From Octopus sinensis (lineage: Eukaryota), in NCBI RefSeq assembly GCF_006345805.1, contig NW_021835298.1, forward strand, positions 1 to 53,414: a stretch of DNA of 53,414 bases, read 5' to 3'. Both the position numbers and the translations under genes were made by a program. Positions 23,845-36,350 of this stretch are shown piece by piece (positions within the stretch are counted from its first letter, which is position 1; every line of letters starts with the position of its first letter). Under the pieces are notes generated by a model, which saw only the letters and a list, made by a program, of their open reading frames with translations, did no database searches and had not been told where the DNA came from.

Positions 23845-24248
23845 CGGACTAATATTGATTTCAAATTTTGCCGCGAGCCCAGCAACTTTGGGACAGGTGG
23901 TAAGTCAATTACATCGAGTATTCAACTGATACTTATTTTATCGACCCCGAAAGGATGAAATGCAAAGTCGACCACTGCGGAATTTGAACGCAGAACGTAT
24001 AGACAGACGAAATACCTATTTCTTTACTAACCACAAGGGGCTAAACACAGAGGACAAACAAGGACAGACACACGGATTAAGTCGATTATATCGACCCCAG
24101 TGCGTAACTTGTACTTAATTTATCGACCCCGAATGGATGAAAGGCAAAGTCGAATACGACGGAATTTGAACTCAGAACGTAACGGCAGACGAAATACGGC
24201 TACGCATTTCGCTCGGCGTGCTAACGTTTCTGCCAGCTCGCCGCCTTA
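23845..24248 (-). mobile_element. SINE family 1 dimer (head-A + headless C)
   Basis: Junction 24016/24017, same sequence as the other arrays. Confidence 0.9.
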
Positions 24249-25146
24249 AGAAGTAGAATAACTTTATCGATCATATTTGTCTGGAATATTATCTTTTCCT
24301 CGCTCCATATTCATTATAAATTCACATCTTAATATTCCCTACACTAAAAATGACAACACTAACTGGTTGTATTCGAAGTCACAACGTCAAGGCAACATAA
24401 CTTAATCTTGCAAGCCTTTCGCTCCAGTCTCCACCGACTGACATTCCGTTATACCCTCACAGTAATGATAAACATATACAAGTCGTTAGTAAAGACACGT
24501 TACGGAATGTTGGCTTGTCAGGAATTCAAATATCTGATGACTAGTCACATAACTATTTCTGTCTTGGGGTTTCCCTAACAAGACAGACAGCTTCAAATCC
24601 ATAAAGCAATAGCACGGTAATAACCGTTATATATTGATTGTTTTCATATCAAAGAGGAAAGAATGCTGCTCTTATTGATATTTTTATAGATTATTTTCCT
24701 AATTAAAAACTTAAAGAAAAATTGCTAATTAGTCCCAAATAAAAGCTTAAAGGAAAGCAGCTGCTGAGAAAACAGCCGACTCTAGCTGTATAATTTTAGA
24801 TTTCAATATTTACGCTATTGCAGTATCGTGGTAAAATCTGTAAAATAACGACCAATATGAATTGCGGTATTTCGTTGCCTATTGTCTTTCTTACTAACAT
24901 CCTAAATTCGAAACCTAATAAGGTCGATATAGTGAACTATATTCCACCACACCCTAAAATTTTGAGGCTTTCTGTCTATGCTGCAAGTAAATATCATACC
25001 TCAAAGAGCTGTGCAGAACAATCGTAACAGCGGAAATCCACGTGATTATTAGTTACGTCCATTATGTTAAAAAAAGTTGACCCCACTAGAATAGACTTTT
25101 CCTCTTATATTTCTGAAGTAGATAAAACACATACCAGTCACATACA

Positions 25147-25533
25147 TGATGGAAGCACTCCGTCGGTTCCGACGACGAGGGTTCCGGTTGATCCGATCAA
25201 CGGAACAGCCTGCTCGTGAAATTAACGTGTAAGTGGCTGAGCACTCCACAGACACGTGTACCCTTAACGTAGTTCTCGGGGATATTCAGCATGACACAGA
25301 GAGTGACAAGGCCGGCCCTTTGAAATACAGGTACAACAGAAACAGGAAGTAAGAGTGAGAGAGAGTTGTGGTGAAAGAGTACAGCAGGGATCACCACCAT
25401 CCCCTGCCGGAGCCTCGTGGAGCTTTTAGGTGTTTTCGCTCAATAAACACTCACAACGCCCGGTCTGGGAATCGAAACCGCGATCCTACGACCGCGAGTC
25501 CGCTGCCCTAACCACTGGGCCATTGCGCCTCCA
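25147..25533 (-). mobile_element. SINE family 2, full length, 12-bp TSD
   Basis: TSD cagtcacataca at 25135-25146 and 25534-25545. Confidence 0.95.
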
Positions 25534-25888
25534 CAGTCACATACAACAACTAACCATAACCTACTTCACGAATCACATTTCTCTGCAGTTATATGAATCA
25601 ATATTTGTACTGTTCAACGAAACCCACTTTTCTTTTCATTTTCCCTAAGTTGATAACGTTAGTCCTTCTCAAGAACTGGTACCAGTTAAGTCGACTACAT
25701 CCCTTCCAACGAAGAATTTTCTGTGTGGTTACTCAACCAGCTTGTAATAGTAGCCAAACGTCCATCAAATTACGCCATACTGCCTTAGAAAGGGACACAC
25801 TTGACAGGACGGTTACGATTAGAATGTCTTTCATTATAGGTCTTCTCGATTAGCACTGACATGGGCTAAACACTACAACTACTACTAC

Positions 25889-25914
<26 letters not shown>

Positions 25915-25920
<6 letters not shown>

Positions 25921-26139
25921 TTAAAAAAATATTCAGACAAATACATAACAAAAACACCAGGACTTACAAACACATATAACATACAGAAAATTGCACTACT
26001 AGGCACTGCACACATCCTACGCAGAACACTTTCCATACAATAACCATCAGAGCATCACAACAAATCACAGCACATACCCAAGGCACACAGAGCTGTGCTC
26101 GTAGTGAAGTGAAAGCACGCTATAAAAATAAAACTACTG
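25915..26139 (+). mobile_element. R4/Dong-like LINE extreme 3' fragment in (AAT)n
   Basis: KKYSDKYITKTPGLTNTYNIQKIALLGTAHILRRTLSIQ* (stop 26041-26043) plus ~95-nt 3' UTR; (AAT)n on both sides. Confidence 0.85.
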
Positions 26140-26177
26140 AATAATAATAATAATAAATAATAATAATAATAATAATA

Positions 26178-26209
<32 letters not shown>

Positions 26210-26232
26210 TAATAATAATAATAATAATAATA

Positions 26233-27337
26233 TCTTAGACAGAAAGACAAGGAAGTTGCGAAGATATGGAATACGCCACCCAAAATGTGACACAGACCGA
26301 CTATATGTACCAAGAAAAAGAGGGGGAAGAGGACTTATTGGATGTGAACACAACATTAGAGCAGAAGAAAACATAGCATGGTATGTAAAAAATGCCACAG
26401 AGCCGCTATTATTAGAAGTAAGGAGGCCAGGCTTGTGTAGGATGAAAGATTGCAAAGATAAATCACTGTGCAAGTAATTGAAAACGAATGAAACTGAAAG
26501 TAGATGGATAAAGAAAAGAATGCATGGACAATTTCATAGGGATGTTGAAGATAAGACAGACAGAGAAAAAAGATGGCTGTGGATGACTAAAAGTGATTTA
26601 AAACCGGAAACGGAGGCTCTAATCTGTGCTGCCCAAGAGCAAGTACCATGAACAAACTACATAAAATATAGAGTAGACAACACATCAAAAAGTGATAAGT
26701 GCTGAATCTGTGGACAAAATGGTGAGACGGTATAGCATATTACTATTCAATGTACGTCACTAGACCAGATGGAATATAAGAGACGCCACAACAATATAGC
26801 AAGACTTGTTCATTGGACAATTTGCAACGAGTATGGGCTTGACATAGAAAAAAATTGGTACGACCAGAAACCGGAAGGCATCATCGAAAATGATAATGCA
26901 AAGATCCTGTGAGATTTTATGATTCAGTACGACGATGAAATAGAGAATAAGAAACCAGACATAGTCTTAATTGAGAAAAAAACTAAACTATGCTTGATCA
27001 CAGATATAGCATGCCCAGCTGACAACAAGGGAAAAGGAAGAAAAAGATGATAGGTATGACAGGTTAGCTTGGGAGGTAAAGCTGTTGTGGTTGATGAGGA
27101 AGGTGGTAGTGGTACCGATAAATGTCGGAGCCCTGGGAACAGTGAATAAAAATCTCGAGAAGTACATGGAACAAATAGAGGCTGCAATAATGGTAGAGCA
27201 CTTGCAGAAAACAGCACTGCTTGGAACCGCTCGAATACTCCGGAAGGTGCTCGAAAAATAAGAGGTGTTACCTTAGTTCACTGGTAGTGAACAGCTGACA
27301 CCGTAGAACATCTCCAGTGTTAGAAGCTGTGCAAAGG
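26233..27337 (+). mobile_element. R4/Dong-like LINE, 5'-truncated (post-RT, CCHC knuckle, RLE, 3' UTR) in (AAT)n
   Basis: DRLYVPRKRGGRGLI; AAQEQ; C*ICG..ETV*HI..C; YKRRHN; KKPDIV; LQKTALLGTARILRKVL; multiple stops; (AAT)n on both sides. Confidence 0.93.
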
Positions 27338-27348
27338 TAATAATAATA

Positions 27349-27396
<48 letters not shown>

Positions 27397-27406
27397 TAAT
27401 AATAAT

Positions 27407-27463
<57 letters not shown>

Positions 27464-27482
27464 AATAATAATAATAATGATA

Positions 27483-28176
27483 AGGCTCTTCAGCAAAGAT
27501 ATAGGAATTTAGCATAGATAAGTGTAGATAAGTGTGCAATATTAGTCATGAAAAGGGGACAGGTAGCCATCAGTGATGACATCCAATTACCAGATGGCTA
27601 GATATTAAAATCATTCAAAGGAGAAATTTATAAGTATCTAGGAGTACTAGAAACTGACAGAGTACTGACTATAGGAGTGAAAACGAAAATTGAGAAGGAG
27701 TACATCAGAAGTATGAGGAATCTAATGAAATCGAAGCTAAATGGTCCGAATTTGGTGAAGGCTGTAAATACTTGGAAAGTATCTTTACTGAGATACTCAG
27801 CAGATTTTGTAGATTGGACAAAAACTGAATTAGGAAAGCTACACAGAAGAAGTAAGAAGGAATTCAATATGAATGGAGAACTCCACCAAAGAACAGGCGT
27901 AGCAAGATTATACTTACCGAGAAAATGTTGAGAGGGCTAATAACAGTAGGAAACTGCGTGGAGCTAGCTAGAGTAGGTATAGACTCCTATGAAATTATGA
28001 ACCAGAAAAAAGGACAAAAGTTATCTGACTGGCAGGAGAAGGCTTTGCATGGTAGGTTCCCTAAAATGGTTGTAGCAAATAGTTGTAGTGAGACATGGTT
28101 ATGGTTACAGAAAGGAAGGCTGAAAAGGGAGAGAGAAAGTTTGTTAGTAACAGCACAAAATCAAGCGTTAAAGACT
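27483..28176 (+). mobile_element. R4/Dong-like LINE internal fragment (RT C-terminus) of a third subfamily
   Basis: YKYLGVLE..SKLNGPNLVKAVNTW..LRYS..ARLYLPRK..WQEKALHG..ESLLVTAQNQALKTN; both ends abut AAT repeats. Confidence 0.88.
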
Positions 28177-28208
28177 AATAATAATGATGATGATGATCAT
28201 GATGATTA

Positions 28209-28758
28209 TGATGCAGTAGCAGGCAGTGGCTCTCGTGGCTTATGATCTTAACTGATTGGAAGTGTTATCACGTACATTGTTTTGTCTTGGTATAAAAGAT
28301 GGGCTACAGCAAATATTCTGCTCAATACCATAGATTTGCTTGTCAGTTGTTTGACTTTAACCAGTTGAGCATGTCCCTTGGTGGCTGACGATATGTGCAT
28401 TTCTGATTACGTGCAGAAGTAGTGGGGGAGCATCATAGCCATGTGTTGAGAGGGATTCTTTGGGGTTTGAATAATTCACCCCTCGAAACATAGATGTTTC
28501 GTTCAACATCCCTAAATAACCCTTATTCAGGGACCTTTTGAGCGGGATGGTTTACTCGACCAGAAGAAGATTCTAACTGGGCCCCACCTGCAAGGGCATG
28601 TGCTGTTTATCTTGATATGAGATCACCATGTCACGCACATATGGTTGTGATGCATGTGCCAAGTGTACCCTTATCAGACGGGTAGTCATGATGGGTATAC
28701 TGGGCTTCGTATATTTTACTCCAGTGTCACTTTGATGGCATACACTGCTCTCTCACTC
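28209..28758 (+). mobile_element. ~550-bp non-autonomous element ending in (AAT)n
   Basis: Three similar copies (here, 49340-49861, 51598-52150), all ending ctctctcactc|(aat)n; no ORF and no obvious tRNA head. Confidence 0.85.
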
Positions 28759-28808
<50 letters not shown>

Positions 28809-28872
28809 TAATGTATTATTACAATTTCTCTCAAATTTTTTTATCATTCTCTTTTCACTATCTTCTCTCCGT

Positions 28873-29002
28873 CCGCCGAGGTCGACTTTGCGTTTCATCC
28901 TTTCGAGGTCGACAGATTAAGTACCAGTTGCGTACTGGGATCGATCTAATCGACTGGTCCCCCCCCAAATATTTCGGGCCTTGTGCCTAGAGAAGAAAAG
29001 TA
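28873..29002 (+). mobile_element. SINE family 1 type B, 5'-truncated, 14-bp TSD
   Basis: TSD tatcttctctccgt at 28859-28872 and 29003-29016. Confidence 0.9.
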
Positions 29003-29269
29003 TATCTTCTCTCCGTATTCAGTGGACGGTGGAGATACATTCTTGTGATATTTTCTAGTATTATAGGAAATGCCAGCGATTAAGTTGCGGATAAAGATGG
29101 GAGTGGAATGGGGTTAGAGGGAAGGTGGAAGTGAATGATTGTGAAGCGGAGATAGAGAGGGAGTAGTTGGAGATGTTCGGAGATCGTTTCCTTTAATTTA
29201 ATTTCATTTATTGTTTATTTCCACTGGGGTTACCACTAATGAATTTTGCAGACACCTTCGTGTTCATTT

Positions 29270-29430
29270 GTGTGTGTGTGTGAGTGTGTGGGCGCGCGCG
29301 GGCGCGTTTCAGTAAAATATATGTGCGTATGTGTATATATATATATATATATATGTACGTGTGTGTGTGTGCATATATATATATGTATATATATACACAT
29401 GTACTTATACTGTTGTGTATTGTATATAAG

Positions 29431-29461
<31 letters not shown>

Positions 29462-29684
29462 ATATATTAAATTATAATATATATATGTATATATATATAT
29501 GTATATATATAGTATGTATTACATATACATATATAAATGTAAACCTCTATATTTACAATATGTGTATGTATATGTGTATGTTGTGTTTATGTATGTGTGC
29601 GTGTGGTGCATGTATTAGTATATATTTCTATGCACATGCTCACATATATTCATGTAGATTGTTATATGTGTAAGTCACAGTTTG

Positions 29685-29722
<38 letters not shown>

Positions 29723-30269
29723 TATATACACATATATACTTATGTGTATATATATATATATATATATACATATATATATAAACTTATATAGATATATATA
29801 TACACATATATACCTGCACTCACAAACACCAATATACATGTGTATATGTGTGCGTACGTGTGTGTGCGTGTATGTGTATTGTGTGTGTGCGTGTGTGTAC
29901 AGAAAGAGTGGGAGGAGAGTTGATCGAACAAACGGAGTTCTAATCGTGGAAACCGAAAGAGATCCATTCATTACATACATACATACGTTCATACATACAT
30001 ACATACATACATACATACATACATACATACATACATACATACATACATACGTACGTTCATACATACATACATACATACATACATACATACATACATACGT
30101 TCATACATACATACATACATACATACATACACATACATACATACGTTCATAACATACATACATACATACATACATACGTTCATACATACATACATACATA
30201 CATACATACATACATACGCACGTTCATACATACAAACATACATACATACATACATACATACACACCTTC

Positions 30270-30300
<31 letters not shown>

Positions 30301-30340
30301 TGTATGTATGTATGTTATGTATGTATTTATGCATGTGTGT
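29270..30340. repeat. Compound (TA)/(TG)/(CATA)n low-complexity block
   Basis: Direct inspection. Confidence 0.9.
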
Positions 30341-30671
30341 AGCTATGCATATAAGTGTGTCTGTTTGTGTGTATAAGTATAATGTATATTTTCTCGATCC
30401 ATTTGCAAAAAGGTATATAATTATTAAAAAAAATTAAGCTATTTTGCTTTTCATTTTGTTAGTTTATTTTGCCATAAAATAAGAAAAAAATGATAAAACT
30501 ATATATACCAAAAAACCAACTATGCTCTTCAAAACCTGACCGAAAGTTTAAACTTACTTGATACATGCCAAAACAAGTTTGAATGCCTAATATTCTCTCT
30601 GTGTGTATTTGTGTGTGTGTGTGTTTGTGCACATGCTTGTGTGTGCTTACGTGTGTGCGTGTATTTAAGTA

Positions 30672-30705
<34 letters not shown>

Positions 30706-30759
30706 CACTCATATGTGTGTATGAGAAAGCGTCCACGTGTGTTTGTTTATACAGAAATT

Positions 30760-30797
<38 letters not shown>

Positions 30798-31489
30798 CTT
30801 GTCTATGGCTGTACGTTTTATGCTATTTGTTCATATCTTATATTCTTATATTCTATTTTAAATTCAATCAGTAACACGTATCCTTTTTCTTTTTCAAATC
30901 TTTAACTTGTGAGAGAATTATTCCAGGTTTTAGTTCATTTTGTCGAAAAGAAAAGTGAGAAAGGATCCTATTTCGATAATATTTTTTTATCGAAATGCTT
31001 GTCGTTTTTTCTTTATTTAATCACTTTATTCTTTGTGTTTATTCCAAGCTTTTTTCTTTTGTTTTGTTTTCTTTTTCAACAAATAGTTTCCATTACATCA
31101 ATATAAATATTTTGGCAGAAGGTTAAAAAAGGAAAATAAGAAATTAAAGACATTAATATCTTTAAAGGAAACCTGTTCACACATATACACATACTGCTTT
31201 CAATTAGTGCTTGTATGTTTGATTGTAATTATTTTTTTACTATTAGGCAATAACGAATGGTATATATATATATATATATGTATGTATATATGTGTGTGTG
31301 TATGTATTTAGGTATGTAAAAGAGAGTAAAAGAGAGTAAAAGAGAGTATGTGTCTGTCTGTATATATTTATAACATCTTTCTTCCACCCCTTTCATTTTC
31401 TCTCTCGTTTGTACTCTGTAAGTTAAACCTATTAATAAAAATCTTGTTTTTTTTCTTTAGTCTATTTTTGTTTTATTTTAATTGTTTCA

Positions 31490-31658
31490 ATCATTAGACT
31501 GCGGCCAAATCGACCCCAGGACTTATTCTTTGTAAGCCTAGTACTTATTCTATTGGTTCTTTTGCCAGACCGCTAATGTTACGGGAAGTAAACACACCAA
31601 CATCGATGTCAAGCATTGGTGGTGGGACAAACACAGGCACACAATACATACTTACACA

Positions 31659-31724
<66 letters not shown>

Positions 31725-31862
31725 GACAGACTTCTTTCAGTTTCTGTCTACCAAATCCACTCACGAGGCTTTGCTCGGCGCGATGGTATTGTAGAAGACA
31801 TTGCCCAAGGTACCACACAATGGGACTGAACCTGGAACCTTGTGGTTGGGAAGCAAGCTTCT
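31490..31862 (-). mobile_element. SINE family 3
   Basis: tcattagactgcggcc...ccgctaatgttacggg...(TA)n...tctaccaaatccactcac...gggactgaacctggaacc. Confidence 0.85.
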
Positions 31863-31917
31863 TTATTTCATTATATTAGCCATAAAGGCCTTACATAGAG
31901 ATAGGAAGCTGCGGGCT

Positions 31918-31970
<53 letters not shown>

Positions 31971-31983
31971 CATATATATATAT

Positions 31984-32120
31984 GAAAATATTTTGACAAA
32001 CTTAAATGTTGAAGTGAATCGAACGGCTTTTGTGTGTTTCTTAAATGGCTTACAAACACCTTCCACGCTGCAATTGTTTTCGTGCCAAATCACTTGCTAT
32101 GCGAGTACATCTCCGTTTTA
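31984..32120. mobile_element. Second copy of the 5.2-kb element, in (TA)n
   Basis: Reverse complement of 5200-5280; begins gaaaatattttgacaaa. Confidence 0.6.
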
Positions 32121-32126
32121 TATATA

Positions 32127-32171
<45 letters not shown>

Positions 32172-32707
32172 ATCCATGTATATTTGTACACATACATACG
32201 CATGTTATGAAATTTAATGGAATTTTAACAAAAATAAGATATCTAGCAAGATAGATAGAGATGGATGGATTGATGGATATATCCAGCTACCAATTGTATA
32301 TACGAAGGTGGATTATCGTTTAAGAAGAAAAATATTCGTACTAGTGGAAATTCCTGGTCAGTGCATATTAGTAACAGAGTATGGATGACAGATTCAGAGG
32401 AAATTTAGATCATCGGAGGGGATGCCTTGCAGCATTCGTTCTGTGTGTGTGTGTGAGTGTGTGTGTGTGTGTGTGTGTGTTTGTGCTTGCCTCTGTGTGT
32501 ATGTGTGTTTTCAGCTCACGCCATGGTCTCCTTGTGTAGTTGTCTTAATCTGTCACCCGGTTTAACGCTACAACTTGTCATCTTGGGTGTATTTACCGAA
32601 GTTCCCATTGTTCAATGTATTCAAACCAGAGCTGAAGTTTGATGAATCCTTTCTCATTCTATGTCACCAGTTTTGCACTAAGCGATACACGAACTGATAT
32701 ATATATA

Positions 32708-32757
<50 letters not shown>

Positions 32758-32790
32758 GTTGAGTTGTGGGGTAACGGCACGAGTGGGATA

Positions 32791-33175
32791 ATATAAGAAA
32801 AAAGGTTTGAAAATGCAATTTAAACGATGTTTATTTACTTAACCGGTTTCACTCTTTGGTAAAAGATTGTCAAAAGTAACATTTAAGGAAACATTGAATA
32901 ATATGGGTTCAAAAAAAGTGATGCCACGAAGACTACATAGAGCAAACGAGCCTTACCCTCAGAGAAAGAATGACAGTTCACCGACAACAACTGAGGGACC
33001 CCTCCACAAGACAGATACCACTAAGTGGACACTTAGACCTTTGTGCACACAATAAGTCCCCCAAATTCTTAGTCTTCCCACTATACCAATGCTCGTACAA
33101 CACCACAAACCAAACACGAATAAATAAGGAAAGTAATCTTATTCAAAAATACAGACCACAACTAAACATACTCTA
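32791..33175 (-). mobile_element. Penelope-like element fragment with 3' terminal repeat
   Basis: Minus frame LLCAQRSKCPLSGICLVEG (~33055-33000) resembles the C-x-CPLxGxCL motif preceding PLE GIY-YIG domains; terminal 129 bp is an inverted copy of 35022-35151. Confidence 0.6.
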
Positions 33176-33597
33176 ACATACCCCCTGGAAACACATCCAG
33201 AGCAAGCACACAGGGACGCGCGCACGCTCACAGCATATCGTGCGGGCGGGCACATGCGCGCATCGGCACGCATAGGACACACTAGCGGGCATTGACCGCA
33301 CACATACGTGGCATGCACACGCATGCATTATATATATGTAGGTGATGTATGTGTGTGAGTGTTGTGTGTGTGTGTGTGCACGTTGTGTGTGTGTGCGCGG
33401 GTGTATATATATATATATGTGTGTGTGTGTGCACTGTGTGCGTGTGTGTGTATATGTGTGTGTGCGCGCGCGTTGTGTGTGTGTGTGTGTGCACGTGTGT
33501 ATATATGTGTGTGTGTGTGTGCACTGTATGCGGGTGTGTGTGTATGTGTGTGTGTGTGTGAGCATTGTGTACGTGTGTATGTATTTACATGTGTATT

Positions 33598-33643
<46 letters not shown>

Positions 33644-34443
33644 TGTGTGTGTATATGCATGGTATGTGTGTATATGTTAGTACTTTGTTTGTGTGTGTGT
33701 GCGGTATGTAGAGATATATTTGAGTGTGTACGCTATAGGTTTGTAATTTGTGTGTGTGGGGGTGTGTGTGTGTGAATTTTTTATATATATATATGTGTGT
33801 GTATGTGTGTGAAAAAATATATGTATGTGCATGTATGTATGTGTGTATGTGTGCATTGTATATATGTATATTGTAGGTGTGCTATATATGCATGAATACA
33901 TGTATATGCATTGCGTGCATATATATGTATGCATTGTGTATGTATGTTATATGCGTGTGTGTGTGTATATATATATTATATGTGTGCGTACGTGTATCTG
34001 TATGCATTGTATGTATGTGTATTGTGTGTATATGTGGTACATCTATGTATGTGTATGTAAACACTATTTATATGTATATATGTATATATGTATATGCATT
34101 GTCTATATATATATATATATTATATGTATGTATTGCGTATGTATATTGCATGCATATATTGTGTATGTGTATTATTTACATGCTGTATGTGTGTATTGTA
34201 TGTGTATATATATGCTAGGTGTATTTGTGTGATATTTATATTATGTATGTATGTGTGCGTGTGTTGTGTGTGTGTGTGTGTGTGTGTTGTGTGTGTATGT
34301 GTGTTATATATCTGTGTATATTATATATAGATACATGTTATATTGTGTAATGGTGTATATGTGATATATGTGGTGCGTTGTGTGTGGGCGTGTGTGTTCG
34401 GTGTGTGTGTGTGTTGTTTGTATGTGGTGTGTGTTTGTTATAG

Positions 34444-34477
<34 letters not shown>

Positions 34478-34480
34478 TTG
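33175..34480. repeat. ~1.3-kb compound (CA)/(TG)/(TA) low-complexity tract
   Basis: Direct inspection; source of many HT/CV ORFs. Confidence 0.95.
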
Positions 34481-34599
34481 TGGTGACAAACAGACGCTAT
34501 CTGACAGCAGGCACGGACACATCTATTCACACCCGCATACTAACCTCCTGATAACCCCAAAATCATTCATGCATAAAGGGGAAGTATACACCACATTGG

Positions 34600-35151
34600 C
34601 TACTTCTTCTTTCTCTCAGTTCAGCCTTTCTGCTAATACCGACAGGTCAGTTAAAAACATATTCTCGCCTTGAACTTAAAATATTCTGAGATGTATAAAA
34701 AATCCTTTTTAATTTTTGCTGTCAAAAGGCTGTATATATATACCAAAGACTGTATATATATACATGTAATGTGACAATTTGCGACAACCAATAATTAACG
34801 CAACCAATTCCCAATAATATATTTGTTTATCCTTTTCTGTCAAATTTTCCCAAATATTCTCATCACACTATTGAACTTCTCTGTTACCAAACACTATAAT
34901 TATACATGTAATGTGACAATTATGTATAAAAAAACATTTTTGAATTCATAATATCCATGTGACAATTATGTAAAAAAACTTTTTTGAATGCATAATATTC
35001 AATGTGACAATTATGTAAAAAACTTTTTTTGAACCCATATTATTCAATGTTTCCTTAAATGTTACTTTGACAATCTTTTACCAAAGAGTGAAACCGGTTA
35101 AGTAAATAAACATCGTTTTTAAATTGCATTTTCAAACCTTTTTTCTTATAT
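34600..35151 (+). mobile_element. Penelope-like 3' region with internal tandem repeats and hammerhead-like terminal fold
   Basis: Homologous to 53195-53414; three ~46-bp repeats at 34911-35048; fold at 35062-35105 followed by aataaa; ends at (TA)n. Confidence 0.6.
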
Positions 35152-36316
35152 ATATATATTTATTTATTATTTATCTTTATAATATGCTGTATGTATTTGT
35201 TGTATTATATATATATATATATATATTATATATGTGTGTGTGTGTGTGTGGCGTGTGTGGGTGTGTGTGTGTAATGTAAGTATTCATATATATATATATA
35301 TTATGTGTGATATAGGATTTTAGAATCTTCGACACAGCGTGAAGTAATTCTGTTTTAGAAGGGTGAAACTCGAAGCAGATAAAGCTAAACACCGTTATTT
35401 ATTGCTCTATCTGTTCCTAGTCTTAACTTTCCCCAAAAGAATTGCATACACACACACACACACACACACGCCGCGCACATACGCACAGTCAAGAAGGAAA
35501 TATTGCAAAATATCAAAGGATTGTTGTCTTACGTTTTGTCTTTTTCCTACCTTTACTTATTACACTTTTTGTTTCACCAAATAAAACCAGCCACGAAAAA
35601 ATTAATTATATATTACTTAGTAGTTTGGTTTATTAAAAACAAAATGACAGGAAGAAAGTAAGAAAGAAAAGCCGTTTCTTGAAATAAACAGTCTCCCAAA
35701 AAGAAACATATGTTCAAATACAAGACACAGCAGAGGACCAGTGATGAAAATGTTAAACAGATACATGTGTGCCGAGAGAGGATGAGTCACGGTGGCTATG
35801 AGAGTCACATGGACATACAAAGTGAAAGAAAGATAAAGAGAGGGAAAGACTGATAGAGAATGAAAGCTATGTTTCCCAGATGTGATGGGAATATATTGCA
35901 TTCTAAAGTATATATATATATATATATATAATCAAGGCGCGCTAGAACGAGGGCATTTGAAAATAATTGCGAATATAATAGGCCGAACTGCTCGTATTTT
36001 TGACCTCGTGTTAATATCTGGCGTGAAGTTCGACAAATTATATTTTATGACGAATCTCACTGATGATCTGTAGATTAGTTGTGTAAGTAAAATTGCATAA
36101 TTTATTAACAATGAAACAATTGTATGGGGTTAATCTATATTTTTGTCATTTTTCATTTGTCCTGCTCAATTACGTTCATAGTGTGCTATATTTTTCTTGA
36201 GAACAATTCTTAGTGGTTGAGACCCTTGCGGATCTACCTTTAGCGTAAGAGCGTACACTTAGTGGATTCTCTCTCATATTTGTATATATATATATATATA
36301 TACATACATACATACA

Positions 36317-36350
<34 letters not shown>

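Noticed and set aside
20315-25533. tRNA-Arg genes
   Set aside because: The tRNA-like sequence is the head of a ~385-bp repeated element with TSDs; the acceptor stem and anticodon loop are not canonical.
35775-35812. AP-1-like TGAGTCA motif as an enhancer
   Set aside because: A 7-mer is expected by chance in 53 kb, and there is no other support.
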